In this document: positions 1 through 9,895 of the stretch, in pieces
Position numbering within the stretch: position 1 is the stretch's first letter
How the letters are laid out: each line of letters starts with the position of its first letter
NCBI GenBank assembly: GCA_045612665.1
Contig: JAZKZO010000013.1
Location: 4,184 to 68,183, forward strand
Source: Eubacteriales bacterium
Lineage (GTDB): Bacteria; Bacillota; Clostridia; Oscillospirales; CAG-272
Direction of reading: 5' to 3'
Length of the DNA stretch: 64,000 nucleotides
Made by a program: the position numbers and the translations under genes
Notes under the pieces: generated by a model
Seen by the model: the letters and a program-made list of their open reading frames with translations, nothing else
What the model was told of the DNA's origin: nothing
The model's database searches: none

Positions 1-120
1 CACTCCGTTCTCACCCGGTTGCAAGAGGCATACCGTGGTTAATACAGTTCATTTACATCTATTACTATAGGTGTAGGTTTTGTATAAAGTGCGGAGATTT
101 GTCTACGCACGATTTTTGTT
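1..120 (+). ncRNA. Probable L20 ribosomal leader (5' part may extend left of the window)
   Basis: Structured non-coding region directly upstream of infC-rpmI-rplT, ending in an imperfect hairpin 'gtgcggagatttgtctacgcac' plus a T-run; this is where the L20 leader sits in Firmicutes. Confidence 0.6.
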
Positions 121-164
121 TTATTAGATTGTTTTTACTTTTGTAGTAAATGGAGGTGCTTAGT

Positions 165-680
165 ATTAGCGCAAAAGAATTGTCTATCAATGAGGAAATC
201 AAGCTTAAGGAAGTAAGACTTGTTGGCTCCGAAGGAGAACAGCTTGGGGTGTGTTCATCGCGTGATGCACTCGAAAAGGCTTATGCAGTAGGTCTTGACT
301 TGGTTTTGATTGCTCCTACAGCAAACCCACCTGTTTGTCGTATTATGGATTACGGTAAGTATCGTTATGATAGGGACAAGAAGGAAAAGGAAGCAAAGAA
401 AAAGCAGCAAACCGTCGATGTAAAAGAGGTTCAGCTTTCTTGTAGAATTGATACACACGATTTTAACACAAAAGCTAACAACGCAATCAGATTTTTAAAG
501 GGTGGAGATAAGGTAAGAGTTGTTCTTCTTTTCAAGGGAAGAGAAATGGCGCATACCGACGTTGGACTTGAGCTCATAAAGAGATTTATTGAGACTTGCT
601 CTGAATATGGTGCTGCTGATAAAGCTCCTGTTCTTGATGGAAGAAGAATGAACGTTACTATTTCACCAATCAAAAAATAA
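165..680 (+). CDS. infC: Translation initiation factor IF-3 (likely ATT start at 165; ORF track starts at ATG 150)
   Basis: INEEI...VRLVG...DLV...PPVCRIMDYGKYRY and KEVQLS...DGRRM motifs; GGAGG at 152-156 lies 8 nt before an in-frame ATT. Confidence 0.97.
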   Translation: MSAKELSINEEIKLKEVRLVGSEGEQLGVCSSRDALEKAYAVGLDLVLIAPTANPPVCRIMDYGKYRYDRDKKEKEAKKKQQTVDVKEVQLSCRIDTHDFNTKANNAIRFLKGGDKVRVVLLFKGREMAHTDVGLELIKRFIETCSEYGAADKAPVLDGRRMNVTISPIKK

Positions 681-716
681 AACAGTTTATTATGCACATG
701 AAAGGAAATAAATATC

Positions 717-911
717 ATGGGAAAGATCAAAACACATAAGGCTTCAAGCAAAAGATTTTCTTTGACCGGTACAGGCAAGGTAAAAATGTTTCACTCACAG
801 CACCGTCACAACCTCGGTCTTAAGACTGCAAAGCGTAAGAGAACTCTTCGTGGACATTCTTATTTGAGCGAGAGCATGGCACCTACAATTAAGAAACTTA
901 TCAACAAATAA
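717..911 (+). CDS. rpmI: 50S ribosomal protein L35
   Basis: KIKTHKASSKRFSLTGTGK; lies between infC and rplT. Confidence 0.97.
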   Translation: MGKIKTHKASSKRFSLTGTGKVKMFHSQHRHNLGLKTAKRKRTLRGHSYLSESMAPTIKKLINK

Positions 912-944
912 GTCGTGAAGCATTAAACAAGGAGGATTTTTAAG

Positions 945-1298
945 ATGGCTAGAGTTAAAGGCGCAATGATGGCGCGTAAGAGAAGAAATAAAGTATTAAA
1001 GATGGCAAAGGGTTACTGGGGCGCAAAGAGCAAGCACTTCAAGATGGCTAAACAGGCTGTTATGAAGAGCGGCAACTATGCATTCGCAGGCCGTAAGATG
1101 AAGAAGAGAGATTTCCGTTCTCTTTGGATCACAAGAATTTCTGCACAGGCTAAGGTTTGTGGAATGAACTATTCTACACTTATGCATGGTCTTAAGCTTG
1201 CAGGAATTGACCTTAACAGAAAGATGCTTGCTGAGCTTGCAGTTTCTGATAAGGAAGCATTCGCAGCAATCGCTGAAAAGGCAAAGGCAGCTCTTTAA
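945..1298 (+). CDS. rplT: 50S ribosomal protein L20
   Basis: MARVK...AKGYWG...[11 protein letters not shown]...[11 protein letters not shown]. Confidence 0.98.
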   Translation: MARVKGAMMARKRRNKVLKMAKGYWGAKSKHFKMAKQAVMKSGNYAFAGRKMKKRDFRSLWITRISAQAKVCGMNYSTLMHGLKLAGIDLNRKMLAELAVSDKEAFAAIAEKAKAAL

Positions 1299-1304
1299 TT
1301 AGTG

Positions 1305-1333
1305 AAAAAACTCGGCAAAAAGCCGAGTTTTTT
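1305..1333 (+). terminator. Intrinsic terminator after rplT
   Basis: aaaaaactcggc-aaaaa-gccgagtttttt. Confidence 0.85.
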
Positions 1334-1351
1334 TGAAATTGTGAGGTACTT

Positions 1352-2179
1352 ATGAATAATATTATATTCAACGTTCCGCTAATAAGTGGAAAAAACAATC
1401 CTACAATAACCGACATATCAAAGCTTTCTGCAAAGAAGTATAGAATGCAAAACAAATTGTTTGTTTGCGATGGAGTAAAACTCTTTTTAGAAGCAGTAAA
1501 ATACGGCGCAAATATAAGATATATAGTGCTTGATAATAGTGCTGAAATATCTAAAGAAGTGGCGGAATGTGTGCGTAAATGCGCCATGAACGGCACAAAA
1601 ATACTATGCGTTGAAAGCTATGTTTTCGAAAAGCTTACTAGCGAAAATTCACCGCAGGGAATAATAACTGTTTGCGATTTTTACACCAAAAGGCACACGT
1701 TTTCTACAAGTGTAAAAAATGATGAGATGCGCGGTAAAAAGGCTATGATTTTGGAGTCTGTAAGAGATCCTGGAAACATAGGCACTATTTTTAGAAACGC
1801 TGTTGCGCTTGGTGTTGAAAAGATGATTATTTCATCGGACTGCGCCGATATCTATTCTCCAAAGGTTGTAAGAGCCTCTATGGGAGCTATATTCAAGCTT
1901 GATATATGCGTTGTAGATGACTTGATTGAAACCGTCGAAAATCTTAAGCAAGACGGTAGAAGAGTGTTGGCCACCGCGTTAGATGATAAAGCTCTTGTTC
2001 TTGGTAAAGATAAGGTGAGTGCTGATGACGTTATTGTTTTGGGTAACGAAGGACATGGAATGAGTCAAAAATTGATTGATGCATGTAGTGATATCTTGTT
2101 CATACCGATGAATGAAAACACGGAATCTCTCAACGTTGCTATGGCTTCTGCTATAATAATGTGGGAAATTTCTAAATAA
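1352..2179 (+). CDS. TrmH/SpoU family RNA methyltransferase
   Basis: SPQGII, VRDPGNIGTIFRNA, GNEGHG, ESLNVAMAS SPOUT motifs; usual position after rplT. Confidence 0.92.
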   Translation: MNNIIFNVPLISGKNNPTITDISKLSAKKYRMQNKLFVCDGVKLFLEAVKYGANIRYIVLDNSAEISKEVAECVRKCAMNGTKILCVESYVFEKLTSENSPQGIITVCDFYTKRHTFSTSVKNDEMRGKKAMILESVRDPGNIGTIFRNAVALGVEKMIISSDCADIYSPKVVRASMGAIFKLDICVVDDLIETVENLKQDGRRVLATALDDKALVLGKDKVSADDVIVLGNEGHGMSQKLIDACSDILFIPMNENTESLNVAMASAIIMWEISK

Positions 2180-2194
2180 ATTTTGCTCTTTACA

Positions 2195-2223
2195 TTGACA
2201 TTCTGTTTTTAAAATGTTATTAT
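2195..2223 (+). promoter_or_regulatory. SigA-type promoter of dprA-topA
   Basis: TTGACA(2195-2200)-17 nt-TATTAT(2218-2223), with TG upstream of the -10. Confidence 0.65.
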
Positions 2224-2259
2224 ATAATATATTATAATTATTTTAGGGGGAATTGAGAA

Positions 2260-3540
2260 ATGGATAGATCAACTATATGGCTATGGCTGTCCTTGCATTT
2301 TGGTGCAGGTGCAGAAATTTATAGTAAGCTCATAACTTATTTCGAGGATGAGCAAAATATATATGACTGCGATGATGCTGACGTTGCCCGTATAGATTGG
2401 CTACACGATTCTCATAAATCCAAGCTTCTTGATAAAAATCTCGATCACGCTCATGAAATTATTGAGTGGTGTGAAGAGAACGAGGTTCAGATAATTGCTT
2501 ATTCTGATGACAATTATCCGGAATCATTAAGAGAGCTAGAGGATTTTCCTCCTATTCTTTATTGTAAGGGAGATTTTCCTGATTTTGATAATAAGCTTTC
2601 GATTTCGCTTGTTGGAACAAGAGCAATGACTACTTATGGTCAAAAGATTGCTTTTGAGCTTGGATACACGCTTTCAAGAGGCGGAGCTATTACTGTTAGC
2701 GGAATGGCTCGCGGAATTGATTCATCTGTCGCAGTAGGAACTATAAATGCTTTAGGAACTACTGTTGCAGTGCTTGGATGCGGTATTGACGTTGTGTATC
2801 CGCGCGAGAATGCGAGTCTTATGAATAAGATTATCGAAAATGGTGCGATTATAACGGAGTATCCACCTCATACACCGCCAAATTCTTGGAATTTTCCCGT
2901 AAGAAACAGAATTATAAGTGGAATTTCTAACGGAACAGTAGTTGTTGAGGCGCCCGAGCATAGTGGTGCTATGATTACTGCTCGTAGAGCAATAAAGCAA
3001 AGAAAGCCATTGTTTGCTGTTCCCGGTCCCGCTAGAACTCATTCTAGTGCAGGTACAAACATTCTTATAAGAGAAGATGGGGCTAAGCTTACAAATGATG
3101 CGATAGACATTTTTGAGGAATTTCTTGAGGAATTTTCCCATAAAATCGATTTGACCAAGGCAAAGCAGCGTCCGAAATTTTCAATTTCCGCTATGAAGCT
3201 TGCTTCTCCTGGACCTAACAAATCTCGTTTTTATAGCGAATATAGAAAAAACAAAAAATCCTTAAAGGAATTTTCTAAAAAATTTGATGAGCAATTTGAA
3301 GATTCAAACTCAGACGTTGCAAACGATAGTAACGAACAAGAAATCGCTATTGACAAGTCTGAATTTTCTGAAGAAGAGCTCAAGGTTTTCGATGCAATGA
3401 AACGAGGAAGGGAATATTCCGTTGATGAGTTAGTTGATTTAACTAATTTGAGTGCAGGCGACGTAATGAGCGCTGCTAGCACGCTTCAAATTAACGGACA
3501 TATATTAGAGCTTCCCGGTGGAAACCTACTTAAAGATTGA
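2260..3540 (+). CDS. dprA: DNA processing protein DprA/Smf
   Basis: PPILYCKG, VGTR, SGMARGID, FPVRNRIISG, VVEAPEHSGAMITA; C-terminal winged-helix region; upstream of topA. Confidence 0.96.
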   Translation: MDRSTIWLWLSLHFGAGAEIYSKLITYFEDEQNIYDCDDADVARIDWLHDSHKSKLLDKNLDHAHEIIEWCEENEVQIIAYSDDNYPESLRELEDFPPILYCKGDFPDFDNKLSISLVGTRAMTTYGQKIAFELGYTLSRGGAITVSGMARGIDSSVAVGTINALGTTVAVLGCGIDVVYPRENASLMNKIIENGAIITEYPPHTPPNSWNFPVRNRIISGISNGTVVVEAPEHSGAMITARRAIKQRKPLFAVPGPARTHSSAGTNILIREDGAKLTNDAIDIFEEFLEEFSHKIDLTKAKQRPKFSISAMKLASPGPNKSRFYSEYRKNKKSLKEFSKKFDEQFEDSNSDVANDSNEQEIAIDKSEFSEEELKVFDAMKRGREYSVDELVDLTNLSAGDVMSAASTLQINGHILELPGGNLLKD

Positions 3541-3563
3541 TCGAAAGGAAAAACATAAATCCC

Positions 3564-5819
3564 ATGGCAACCAATTTGGTAATACTTGAGTCTCCAGGTA
3601 AAATAGTAACAGTAAAAAATTACCTCGGCTCGAACTATAAAGTAATCGCTTCCGTAGGACACGTAAGAGATCTTCCTAAAGCGTCCCTTGGAATTGACAT
3701 AGATAACGGATTTGAGGCACACTATATTAATATTCGCGGCAAAGGCGATGTTATAAAGGAACTCAAAAAAGAGGCTAAAAAGGCCGACAAAATATTTTTC
3801 GCAACGGACCCTGACCGTGAGGGAGAGGCGATATCTTGGCACCTTGCTTCTATTCTTGGAGATGATGCTAAAAAGGCAAAGAGAATATCGTTTAACGAGA
3901 TTACGAGAGCTGCCGTTAAGGAAGCTATAAAAAATCCACGTGAGATAGATTCTAATCTTGTAAATTCTCAGCAGGCAAGAAGATTTCTTGATAGAATTGT
4001 TGGATATAAGGTTAGTCCTGTTCTTTGGAAAACCGTTAAAAGCGGTCTTTCTGCCGGAAGGGTACAATCTGTTGCCACAAAAATCATCGTAGAAAAGGAA
4101 CAGGAAATCCAAGCCTTTAAGCCTGTTGAGTACTGGACAATAGACGCTATCCTTACAGATGGAAAAAGAAAGAATATTTCGGCAAGATTTTACGGAAGCA
4201 AGACTAAAAGAATAAAGCTTAAAAACGAAAAGGAATCTGCTAATATTCTTGAAGCGGTAAAGGGTGGAGAGTTTAGTGTTTATGACATTAAAAAGGGAAG
4301 CAAGAAGCGTTTGCCTTCACCACCGTTTATAACCTCTACATTGCAACAAGAGGCATCAAAGAAATATAATTTCCAATCTCAAAAGACAATGAAGCTCGCA
4401 CAGGAGCTTTACGAGGGAATAAATCTTGGCGCCGAGTTTGGTGGTGTACAAGGTCTTATCACTTATATGCGTACAGACTCTTTGAGAGTTTCTGATGAGG
4501 CTCAAAAGAGTGCCAAGGAGTTTATTATTGATAAATACGGAGATAACTTCTATCCCAATGCTCCAAGACAGTATAAATCTAAAACTAACGCGCAAGATGC
4601 GCACGAGGCAATAAGACCGTCTAATATAAAGCTTGAGCCAGCCATTATAAAGAAGGCTCTTTCGGCTGATCAATACAAGCTTTACAAGCTTATTTGGGAT
4701 AGATTTATTGCTAGCCAAATGGAATCCGCTGAAATCAGCACTGTTGTTGTGGATTTTGAAAATAACGGATATCTTTTCCGTTCTAGCGGATACAACGTTT
4801 CGTTCCTCGGATATATGGCTATATATGAAGAAACCGTTGACGAAACACCGGTCGGTGCAGATGATGACTTTGATCCCGAAAAGAATAACAAAATTCCCGC
4901 AATTTCAGGAAATGAAATATTGACCATCAAGAAAATAGACGCTCTTCAACATTTTACTGAGCCACCACCTCGTTTTGACGAGGCTAGTCTTATCAAGTTT
5001 CTTGAAGAAAAGGGAATAGGCCGTCCGAGCACGTATACTCCGATAATTACGGTAATAATTTCAAGAGGATACGTTTCAAGAGATGGAAGATTTTTGAAGC
5101 CTACTCAGCTTGGCGAAATCACCACAAAGATTATGAACGAGCATTTTCCTGACATTGTGGACTATAAGTTTACTGCGGTAATGGAAGATAGACTTGACAC
5201 AATCGCAAGCGGAGAGGAAACTCTTCGCGAGGTATTGTCTGATTTTTATAAGGGCTTTTCAAATGAGCTTTCAATAGCGGAAAACAAGCTTGCCGAAAGC
5301 GCACCTGAGGTTCCTGCCGAGGAAACGGATATTATTTGTGATGGTTGCGGTAGTAAAATGATCATTAAAAATGGTCGATTTGGTAAATTTGCCGCTTGTC
5401 CTAATTATCCAAAGTGCAAATTTACAAAGGCTTTGAACAAGGACGGTTCTTTGGTAGAGACTAAAAAATCAGAGATTGCAGATTTTAAATGTGAGATTTG
5501 TGGCTCTGACGTTCTTATAAGAAACGGACAATTTGGCGAGTTTTATGCTTGTTCAAATTATCCAAAATGCAAATTCACAAAGACAAAGGTAGTTACAATT
5601 GGCGTCAAATGTCCTAAATGTGGAGACGAAATTGTTTCGAGAATAGGAAAAACAGGAAAGCAATTTTATAGTTGCATAAACTATCCAAAATGTAATTTTT
5701 CAACATGGGATCTTCCAAGCGATCAAAAGTGTCCTCAATGTAATAGCGTTTTGTTGCAAAAGAAAAACGGCATTTTGACATGTAGTAACTATAAATGCGA
5801 TTATAAAACGAAAGGTTAA
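3564..5819 (+). CDS. topA: DNA topoisomerase I (ATG 3564; alternative TTG 3537)
   Basis: LVILESPGK, ATDPDREGE, SAGRVQS, ITYMRTDS, GIGRPSTY; C-terminal Cys4 zinc-ribbon repeats. Confidence 0.98.
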   Translation: MATNLVILESPGKIVTVKNYLGSNYKVIASVGHVRDLPKASLGIDIDNGFEAHYINIRGKGDVIKELKKEAKKADKIFFATDPDREGEAISWHLASILGDDAKKAKRISFNEITRAAVKEAIKNPREIDSNLVNSQQARRFLDRIVGYKVSPVLWKTVKSGLSAGRVQSVATKIIVEKEQEIQAFKPVEYWTIDAILTDGKRKNISARFYGSKTKRIKLKNEKESANILEAVKGGEFSVYDIKKGSKKRLPSPPFITSTLQQEASKKYNFQSQKTMKLAQELYEGINLGAEFGGVQGLITYMRTDSLRVSDEAQKSAKEFIIDKYGDNFYPNAPRQYKSKTNAQDAHEAIRPSNIKLEPAIIKKALSADQYKLYKLIWDRFIASQMESAEISTVVVDFENNGYLFRSSGYNVSFLGYMAIYEETVDETPVGADDDFDPEKNNKIPAISGNEILTIKKIDALQHFTEPPPRFDEASLIKFLEEKGIGRPSTYTPIITVIISRGYVSRDGRFLKPTQLGEITTKIMNEHFPDIVDYKFTAVMEDRLDTIASGEETLREVLSDFYKGFSNELSIAENKLAESAPEVPAEETDIICDGCGSKMIIKNGRFGKFAACPNYPKCKFTKALNKDGSLVETKKSEIADFKCEICGSDVLIRNGQFGEFYACSNYPKCKFTKTKVVTIGVKCPKCGDEIVSRIGKTGKQFYSCINYPKCNFSTWDLPSDQKCPQCNSVLLQKKNGILTCSNYKCDYKTKG

Positions 5820-5823
5820 ACAA

Positions 5824-7158
5824 ATGACAACTCCGCACATAAACGTTATTGGTGCCGGTCTTGCAGGCTGCGAGGCGGCATATCAGGCTGCTCAAATGGG
5901 AGTAAACGTTACTCTTTATGAGATGAAGCCAAGTAAATATACGCCTGCACACCATAGCCCAAAATTTGCGGAGCTTGTTTGTTCAAATTCACTTCGTTCA
6001 AATGAGCTTTCTAATGCTATAGGAGTATTGAAGGAAGAGCTTCGTGCGCTAGGTTCTTTGATAATGGAATCTGCGTATAGCACTAGAGTTGCTGCTGGAT
6101 CTGCTTTGGCGGTTGACAGAGAGCTTTTTTCAGACTATATTACCGACAAAATCAAAAATCATCCAAATATAGAGATCGTGTATGAAGAGGTTAAGGAAAT
6201 AAATCCCGATGAAATTACGGTAATCGCATCAGGTCCTTTGACTTCCGATCCTCTTGCCGACCATATAAGGGAAGCTCTTGGGCTTGGCAATTTGCATTTC
6301 TTTGATGCTGCTGCGCCGATTATTGATTTTGAATCCATAGATATGACAAAAGCATTTTTTGCCTCTAGATATAATAAGGGTGATGCTGATTATATCAATT
6401 GTCCTATGAATGAGGAAGAATATAAGGCATTTTATAGCGCTTTAATCAGCGCTAAAGAGGCTGAACTTCACGATTTTGATAAAGAAAGTCAATCCTTGAA
6501 GGTTTTTGAGGGCTGTATGCCTGTTGAGGTTATGGCAAAAAGAGGCTTTGAAACACTTCTTTTTGGCCCGTTAAAGCCTGTTGGAATTGAGCATCCGATC
6601 ACAAAAGAAACCTATTTTGCCGTTGTACAATTGAGAAAAGAAAACAACAACGGAACCATGTATAATATAGTAGGATTTCAAACGCATTTAACATTTTCCG
6701 AACAGAAAAGAGTGTTCGGTATGATTCCCGGTCTTGAAAACGCAACTTTTTTGAGATACGGTGTTATGCATAGAAATACATATCTTAACTCTCCTGGACT
6801 TTTGGATTGTGATTATTCCCTTAAAAGCAATGGAAACATTTATTTTGCGGGACAAATGACGGGAGTTGAAGGATATATAGAATCTTGCTCCTCGGGCTTT
6901 GTTGCAGGAGTAAACGCGGCAAGACGCGCACTTGGTCTTGAAAAAATAGATTTCACTGATAGAACTGTAATCGGAGCACTTTCTCATTATGTAAGTGGCT
7001 CAACAATTTCTTCTAATTTCCAACCTATGAATGCTAATTTCGGCATTGTTGCTCCTCTTGACTATAAGGTTAAGGGAGGCAAAAAAGCTAGAAACGAGGA
7101 GATTGCTAAGAGAGCGCTGACTTTAATAGAAGCTTTTAAAGAGAGGATTGCTAAATGA
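5824..7158 (+). CDS. trmFO: Folate-dependent tRNA U54 methyltransferase TrmFO (Gid)
   Basis: GAGLAGCEAA, AELVCSNS, FEGCMPVE, RYGVMHRN, AGQMTGVEGY. Confidence 0.97.
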   Translation: MTTPHINVIGAGLAGCEAAYQAAQMGVNVTLYEMKPSKYTPAHHSPKFAELVCSNSLRSNELSNAIGVLKEELRALGSLIMESAYSTRVAAGSALAVDRELFSDYITDKIKNHPNIEIVYEEVKEINPDEITVIASGPLTSDPLADHIREALGLGNLHFFDAAAPIIDFESIDMTKAFFASRYNKGDADYINCPMNEEEYKAFYSALISAKEAELHDFDKESQSLKVFEGCMPVEVMAKRGFETLLFGPLKPVGIEHPITKETYFAVVQLRKENNNGTMYNIVGFQTHLTFSEQKRVFGMIPGLENATFLRYGVMHRNTYLNSPGLLDCDYSLKSNGNIYFAGQMTGVEGYIESCSSGFVAGVNAARRALGLEKIDFTDRTVIGALSHYVSGSTISSNFQPMNANFGIVAPLDYKVKGGKKARNEEIAKRALTLIEAFKERIAK

Positions 7159-8144
7159 ATATAGCAGTTGATGCAATGGGCGGAGATAACGCACCTCTTG
7201 AGGTTGTCAAGGGGGCTATCAATGCTGCATTAGAATACAAAGATCTTAATATAACTCTTGTTGGTGACGAAGCTAAAATTCGTGACATATCAAGAGAAAT
7301 CGGAGTTGTTATTCCTAACAACGTGGAAATTCTCCACAGTAGCTCTGAGGTTACAATGGAAGACGATCCTATGATAGTTATGAAAGAGAAAAAGGATAGC
7401 TCAATGGCAATGGGCTTGAAGCTCTTAAAGGAAGATGGTGTGGATGCGTTTATTAGTGCCGGAAATACAGGTGCTCTTCATACGGCTTCTACACTAATTG
7501 TAAGAAAAATGAAAGGCGTTAGACGCAGTGCAATTGCGGCTATTTTGCCTTTTGATCCACCGATTTTGCTTTTGGACTCAGGCGCAAATCCCGTTGTTAC
7601 GGCTGATTTGCTTTTGCAGTGGGCAATAATTGGTTCGGCATATATGAAAAATGTTTTTGGCGTTGAAAATCCAAGAGTAGGATTGCTTAACAATGGCACT
7701 GAGGAGCACAAGGGCACACCTGTTGCGTGCGAAGCGTTTAGCCTTTTGAAAAAATCCAAGGTTATAAACTTCGTAGGTAACATTGAGTCCAAGGAAATTC
7801 CAAATTCTCCTTGCGATGTTCTTGTTACAGACGGATTTACAGGAAATATTGCCTTGAAGCTAATTGAGGGAATGGGAAAATTTATTGGAAAAAGCTTGAA
7901 TGACATATTTAGGTCTAACGTTTTTACCAAGCTTTCCTATTTAATCACGTTTAAGGAAGAAATCAGCAAATTCAGAACTAAATTAGATGCCTCTGAATAT
8001 GGTGGAGCACCCCTTTTAGGACTTTCTAAGCCTGTTATTAAGGCTCATGGAAGCTCTAAGGCAAAGGAAATAAAAAATGCCATAAGACAGGCTATCGAAT
8101 ATACTAATTCGAACATAATCGAAGAGGTTTCAAAGGTTTTTTAA
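7155..8144 (+). CDS. plsX: Phosphate acyltransferase PlsX
   Basis: IAVDAMGGDNAP, SAGNTGA, DSGAN, DGFTGNIALK, GGAPLLG, KAHGSS. Confidence 0.97.
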   Translation: MNIAVDAMGGDNAPLEVVKGAINAALEYKDLNITLVGDEAKIRDISREIGVVIPNNVEILHSSSEVTMEDDPMIVMKEKKDSSMAMGLKLLKEDGVDAFISAGNTGALHTASTLIVRKMKGVRRSAIAAILPFDPPILLLDSGANPVVTADLLLQWAIIGSAYMKNVFGVENPRVGLLNNGTEEHKGTPVACEAFSLLKKSKVINFVGNIESKEIPNSPCDVLVTDGFTGNIALKLIEGMGKFIGKSLNDIFRSNVFTKLSYLITFKEEISKFRTKLDASEYGGAPLLGLSKPVIKAHGSSKAKEIKNAIRQAIEYTNSNIIEEVSKVF

Positions 8145-8163
8145 CAAAAGAGAGGAGAGCGTA

Positions 8164-8892
8164 ATGGTTGAATATCCTTTTCCTATTGAAGAGCTCGAAA
8201 AAACAATAGGATATGAATTTAAAGACAAGCAAATTATAAAGACAGCTCTTACGCATTCTTCGTATGCTAATGAGCAAAGAATTCACGGAAAAAAGGCAAA
8301 GTGTGCTTTCAACGAAAGACTTGAGTTTTTGGGTGATAGCGTACTTTCCCTTATCACTAGCGAGTATATTTTCGACAAATTCAGCGATAGTCCTGAAGGA
8401 TACTTGACTAAGGTTAGGGCTGCTGTGGTTTGTTCTAAATCATTGGCAATTTTTGCAAATAAAATAAATTTGGGCGCATATTTACTTCTTGGAAAGGGCG
8501 AAGAGGAAAACGGTAGAACAAATCCTAAAATCCTTGAAAATGCCTTTGAAGCACTTCTTGCGGCGATTTATCTTGATTCGAATCACTCCAAGGATATCGT
8601 TGCTAAATTTTTGCTTCCGATTATGGAAAATGAAATAGAAGAAGCATCTAAAAACGAAATTAATAGAGATTATAAGAGCGCTTTACAGCAATTTGTTCAA
8701 TCCAACGGAACAGACAAACTTACTTATATTTGTGTTGCTGAGCATGGACCTGACCATGCAAAGCTATTCGACATAGAGGTTAAGCTTAACTCAAACGTTG
8801 TTGGAAAAGGAACAGGAAAAACCAAAAGAGAGGCAGAGCAACGCGCTGCAAAGGAAGCCTGTGTGCTTTTTGACGTAAAATGGGACATATAA
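8164..8892 (+). CDS. rnc: Ribonuclease III
   Basis: ALTHSSY, NERLEFLGDSVL, FEALLAAIYLD; C-terminal dsRBD (DYKSALQQ...KREAEQRAA). Confidence 0.98.
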   Translation: MVEYPFPIEELEKTIGYEFKDKQIIKTALTHSSYANEQRIHGKKAKCAFNERLEFLGDSVLSLITSEYIFDKFSDSPEGYLTKVRAAVVCSKSLAIFANKINLGAYLLLGKGEEENGRTNPKILENAFEALLAAIYLDSNHSKDIVAKFLLPIMENEIEEASKNEINRDYKSALQQFVQSNGTDKLTYICVAEHGPDHAKLFDIEVKLNSNVVGKGTGKTKREAEQRAAKEACVLFDVKWDI

Positions 8893-9893
8893 ATATACCT
8901 ATTTTTATTCCGCATTTGGGTTGTCCTAATCAATGCATATTTTGCAATCAAAGACACATTTCCGGACAAATAGAGTTCGATGAAAATGATGTTAGAAATC
9001 AAATAAACAGTGTATTAAGCACCGTTGCGAATTGTGATGACGTTGAAATAGCCTTTTTTGGCGGATCATTTACAGGAATAGATAGAGCTTTAATGATAAG
9101 GCTTCTAGACGTTGCCCAAGAATACGTTAAGCTTGGAAAGGCTTCGGGAATAAGAATGTCAACTCGCCCTGATTACATAAGCGAGGAGATTTTGGATGTT
9201 CTTTCTAATTACACGATAAGCTGTGTTGAGCTAGGAATTCAATCCATGAGCGACTCTGTTTTAAAATATTTGAAGCGTGGACACACGACAGAGGATACAA
9301 AAACAGCAGTTCGTATGTTGAAGAATAGAGGTTTTCAATTCGTTGGACAAATGATGATAGGATTGCCTACTGCAACTCTCGAGGACGAGCTGGATTGTGC
9401 AGAATTTATATGTGCAAGTGGGGCAGTTGGTGCAAGGATATATCCAACCTTGGTTTTTAAGCAAACTGAGCTCGAGGTGCTTGCGTTGAGTGGGAAATAT
9501 ACTCCGTTAACCTTGGAAGAGGCGGTAGAAAGAAGTGCAAAAGTTCTTGGAGTATTTGCCAAAGAAAACGTTCCTTGCATAAGAATTGGACTTTGTGAGA
9601 GTGAAAATCTTCATTCCAACCAGACTTTTGTGGCAGGGCCTAACCATCCGTCTATTGGCGAGATGATAAAAAGTGAGCTTTATTTGTCTATCGTTATTAA
9701 AGCGCTAGATGGTAAAAAGCATTCAAATAGCGTGATTGTTTTTTGCCCTAGAGGTGCAACATCTCAGGTGATCGGAAACAAACGCAAAAATTTAAAAAAG
9801 TTGAAAGAGATTTTTGGTTTTAAGGAAATAAAGATCGTAGAGGATCTTGACTTAACTCCATTTAATATAATTATCAAGGATAAGGAGGACTGA
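8880..9893 (+). CDS. Radical SAM protein (Elp3/YhcC-like), function unknown
   Basis: CPNQCIFC CxxxCxxC motif, FFGGSFT, STRPD, ELGIQS; lies between rnc and smc. Confidence 0.85.
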   Translation: MGHINIPIFIPHLGCPNQCIFCNQRHISGQIEFDENDVRNQINSVLSTVANCDDVEIAFFGGSFTGIDRALMIRLLDVAQEYVKLGKASGIRMSTRPDYISEEILDVLSNYTISCVELGIQSMSDSVLKYLKRGHTTEDTKTAVRMLKNRGFQFVGQMMIGLPTATLEDELDCAEFICASGAVGARIYPTLVFKQTELEVLALSGKYTPLTLEEAVERSAKVLGVFAKENVPCIRIGLCESENLHSNQTFVAGPNHPSIGEMIKSELYLSIVIKALDGKKHSNSVIVFCPRGATSQVIGNKRKNLKKLKEIFGFKEIKIVEDLDLTPFNIIIKDKED

Positions 9894-9895
9894 CA

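Noticed and set aside
5330-5810. Repeated DNA segments 'tgt..aattatccaaa.tgcaaatt.acaaag'
   Set aside because: These are the ordinary tandem zinc-ribbon repeats of TopA, not a repeat array or DGR template/variable pair
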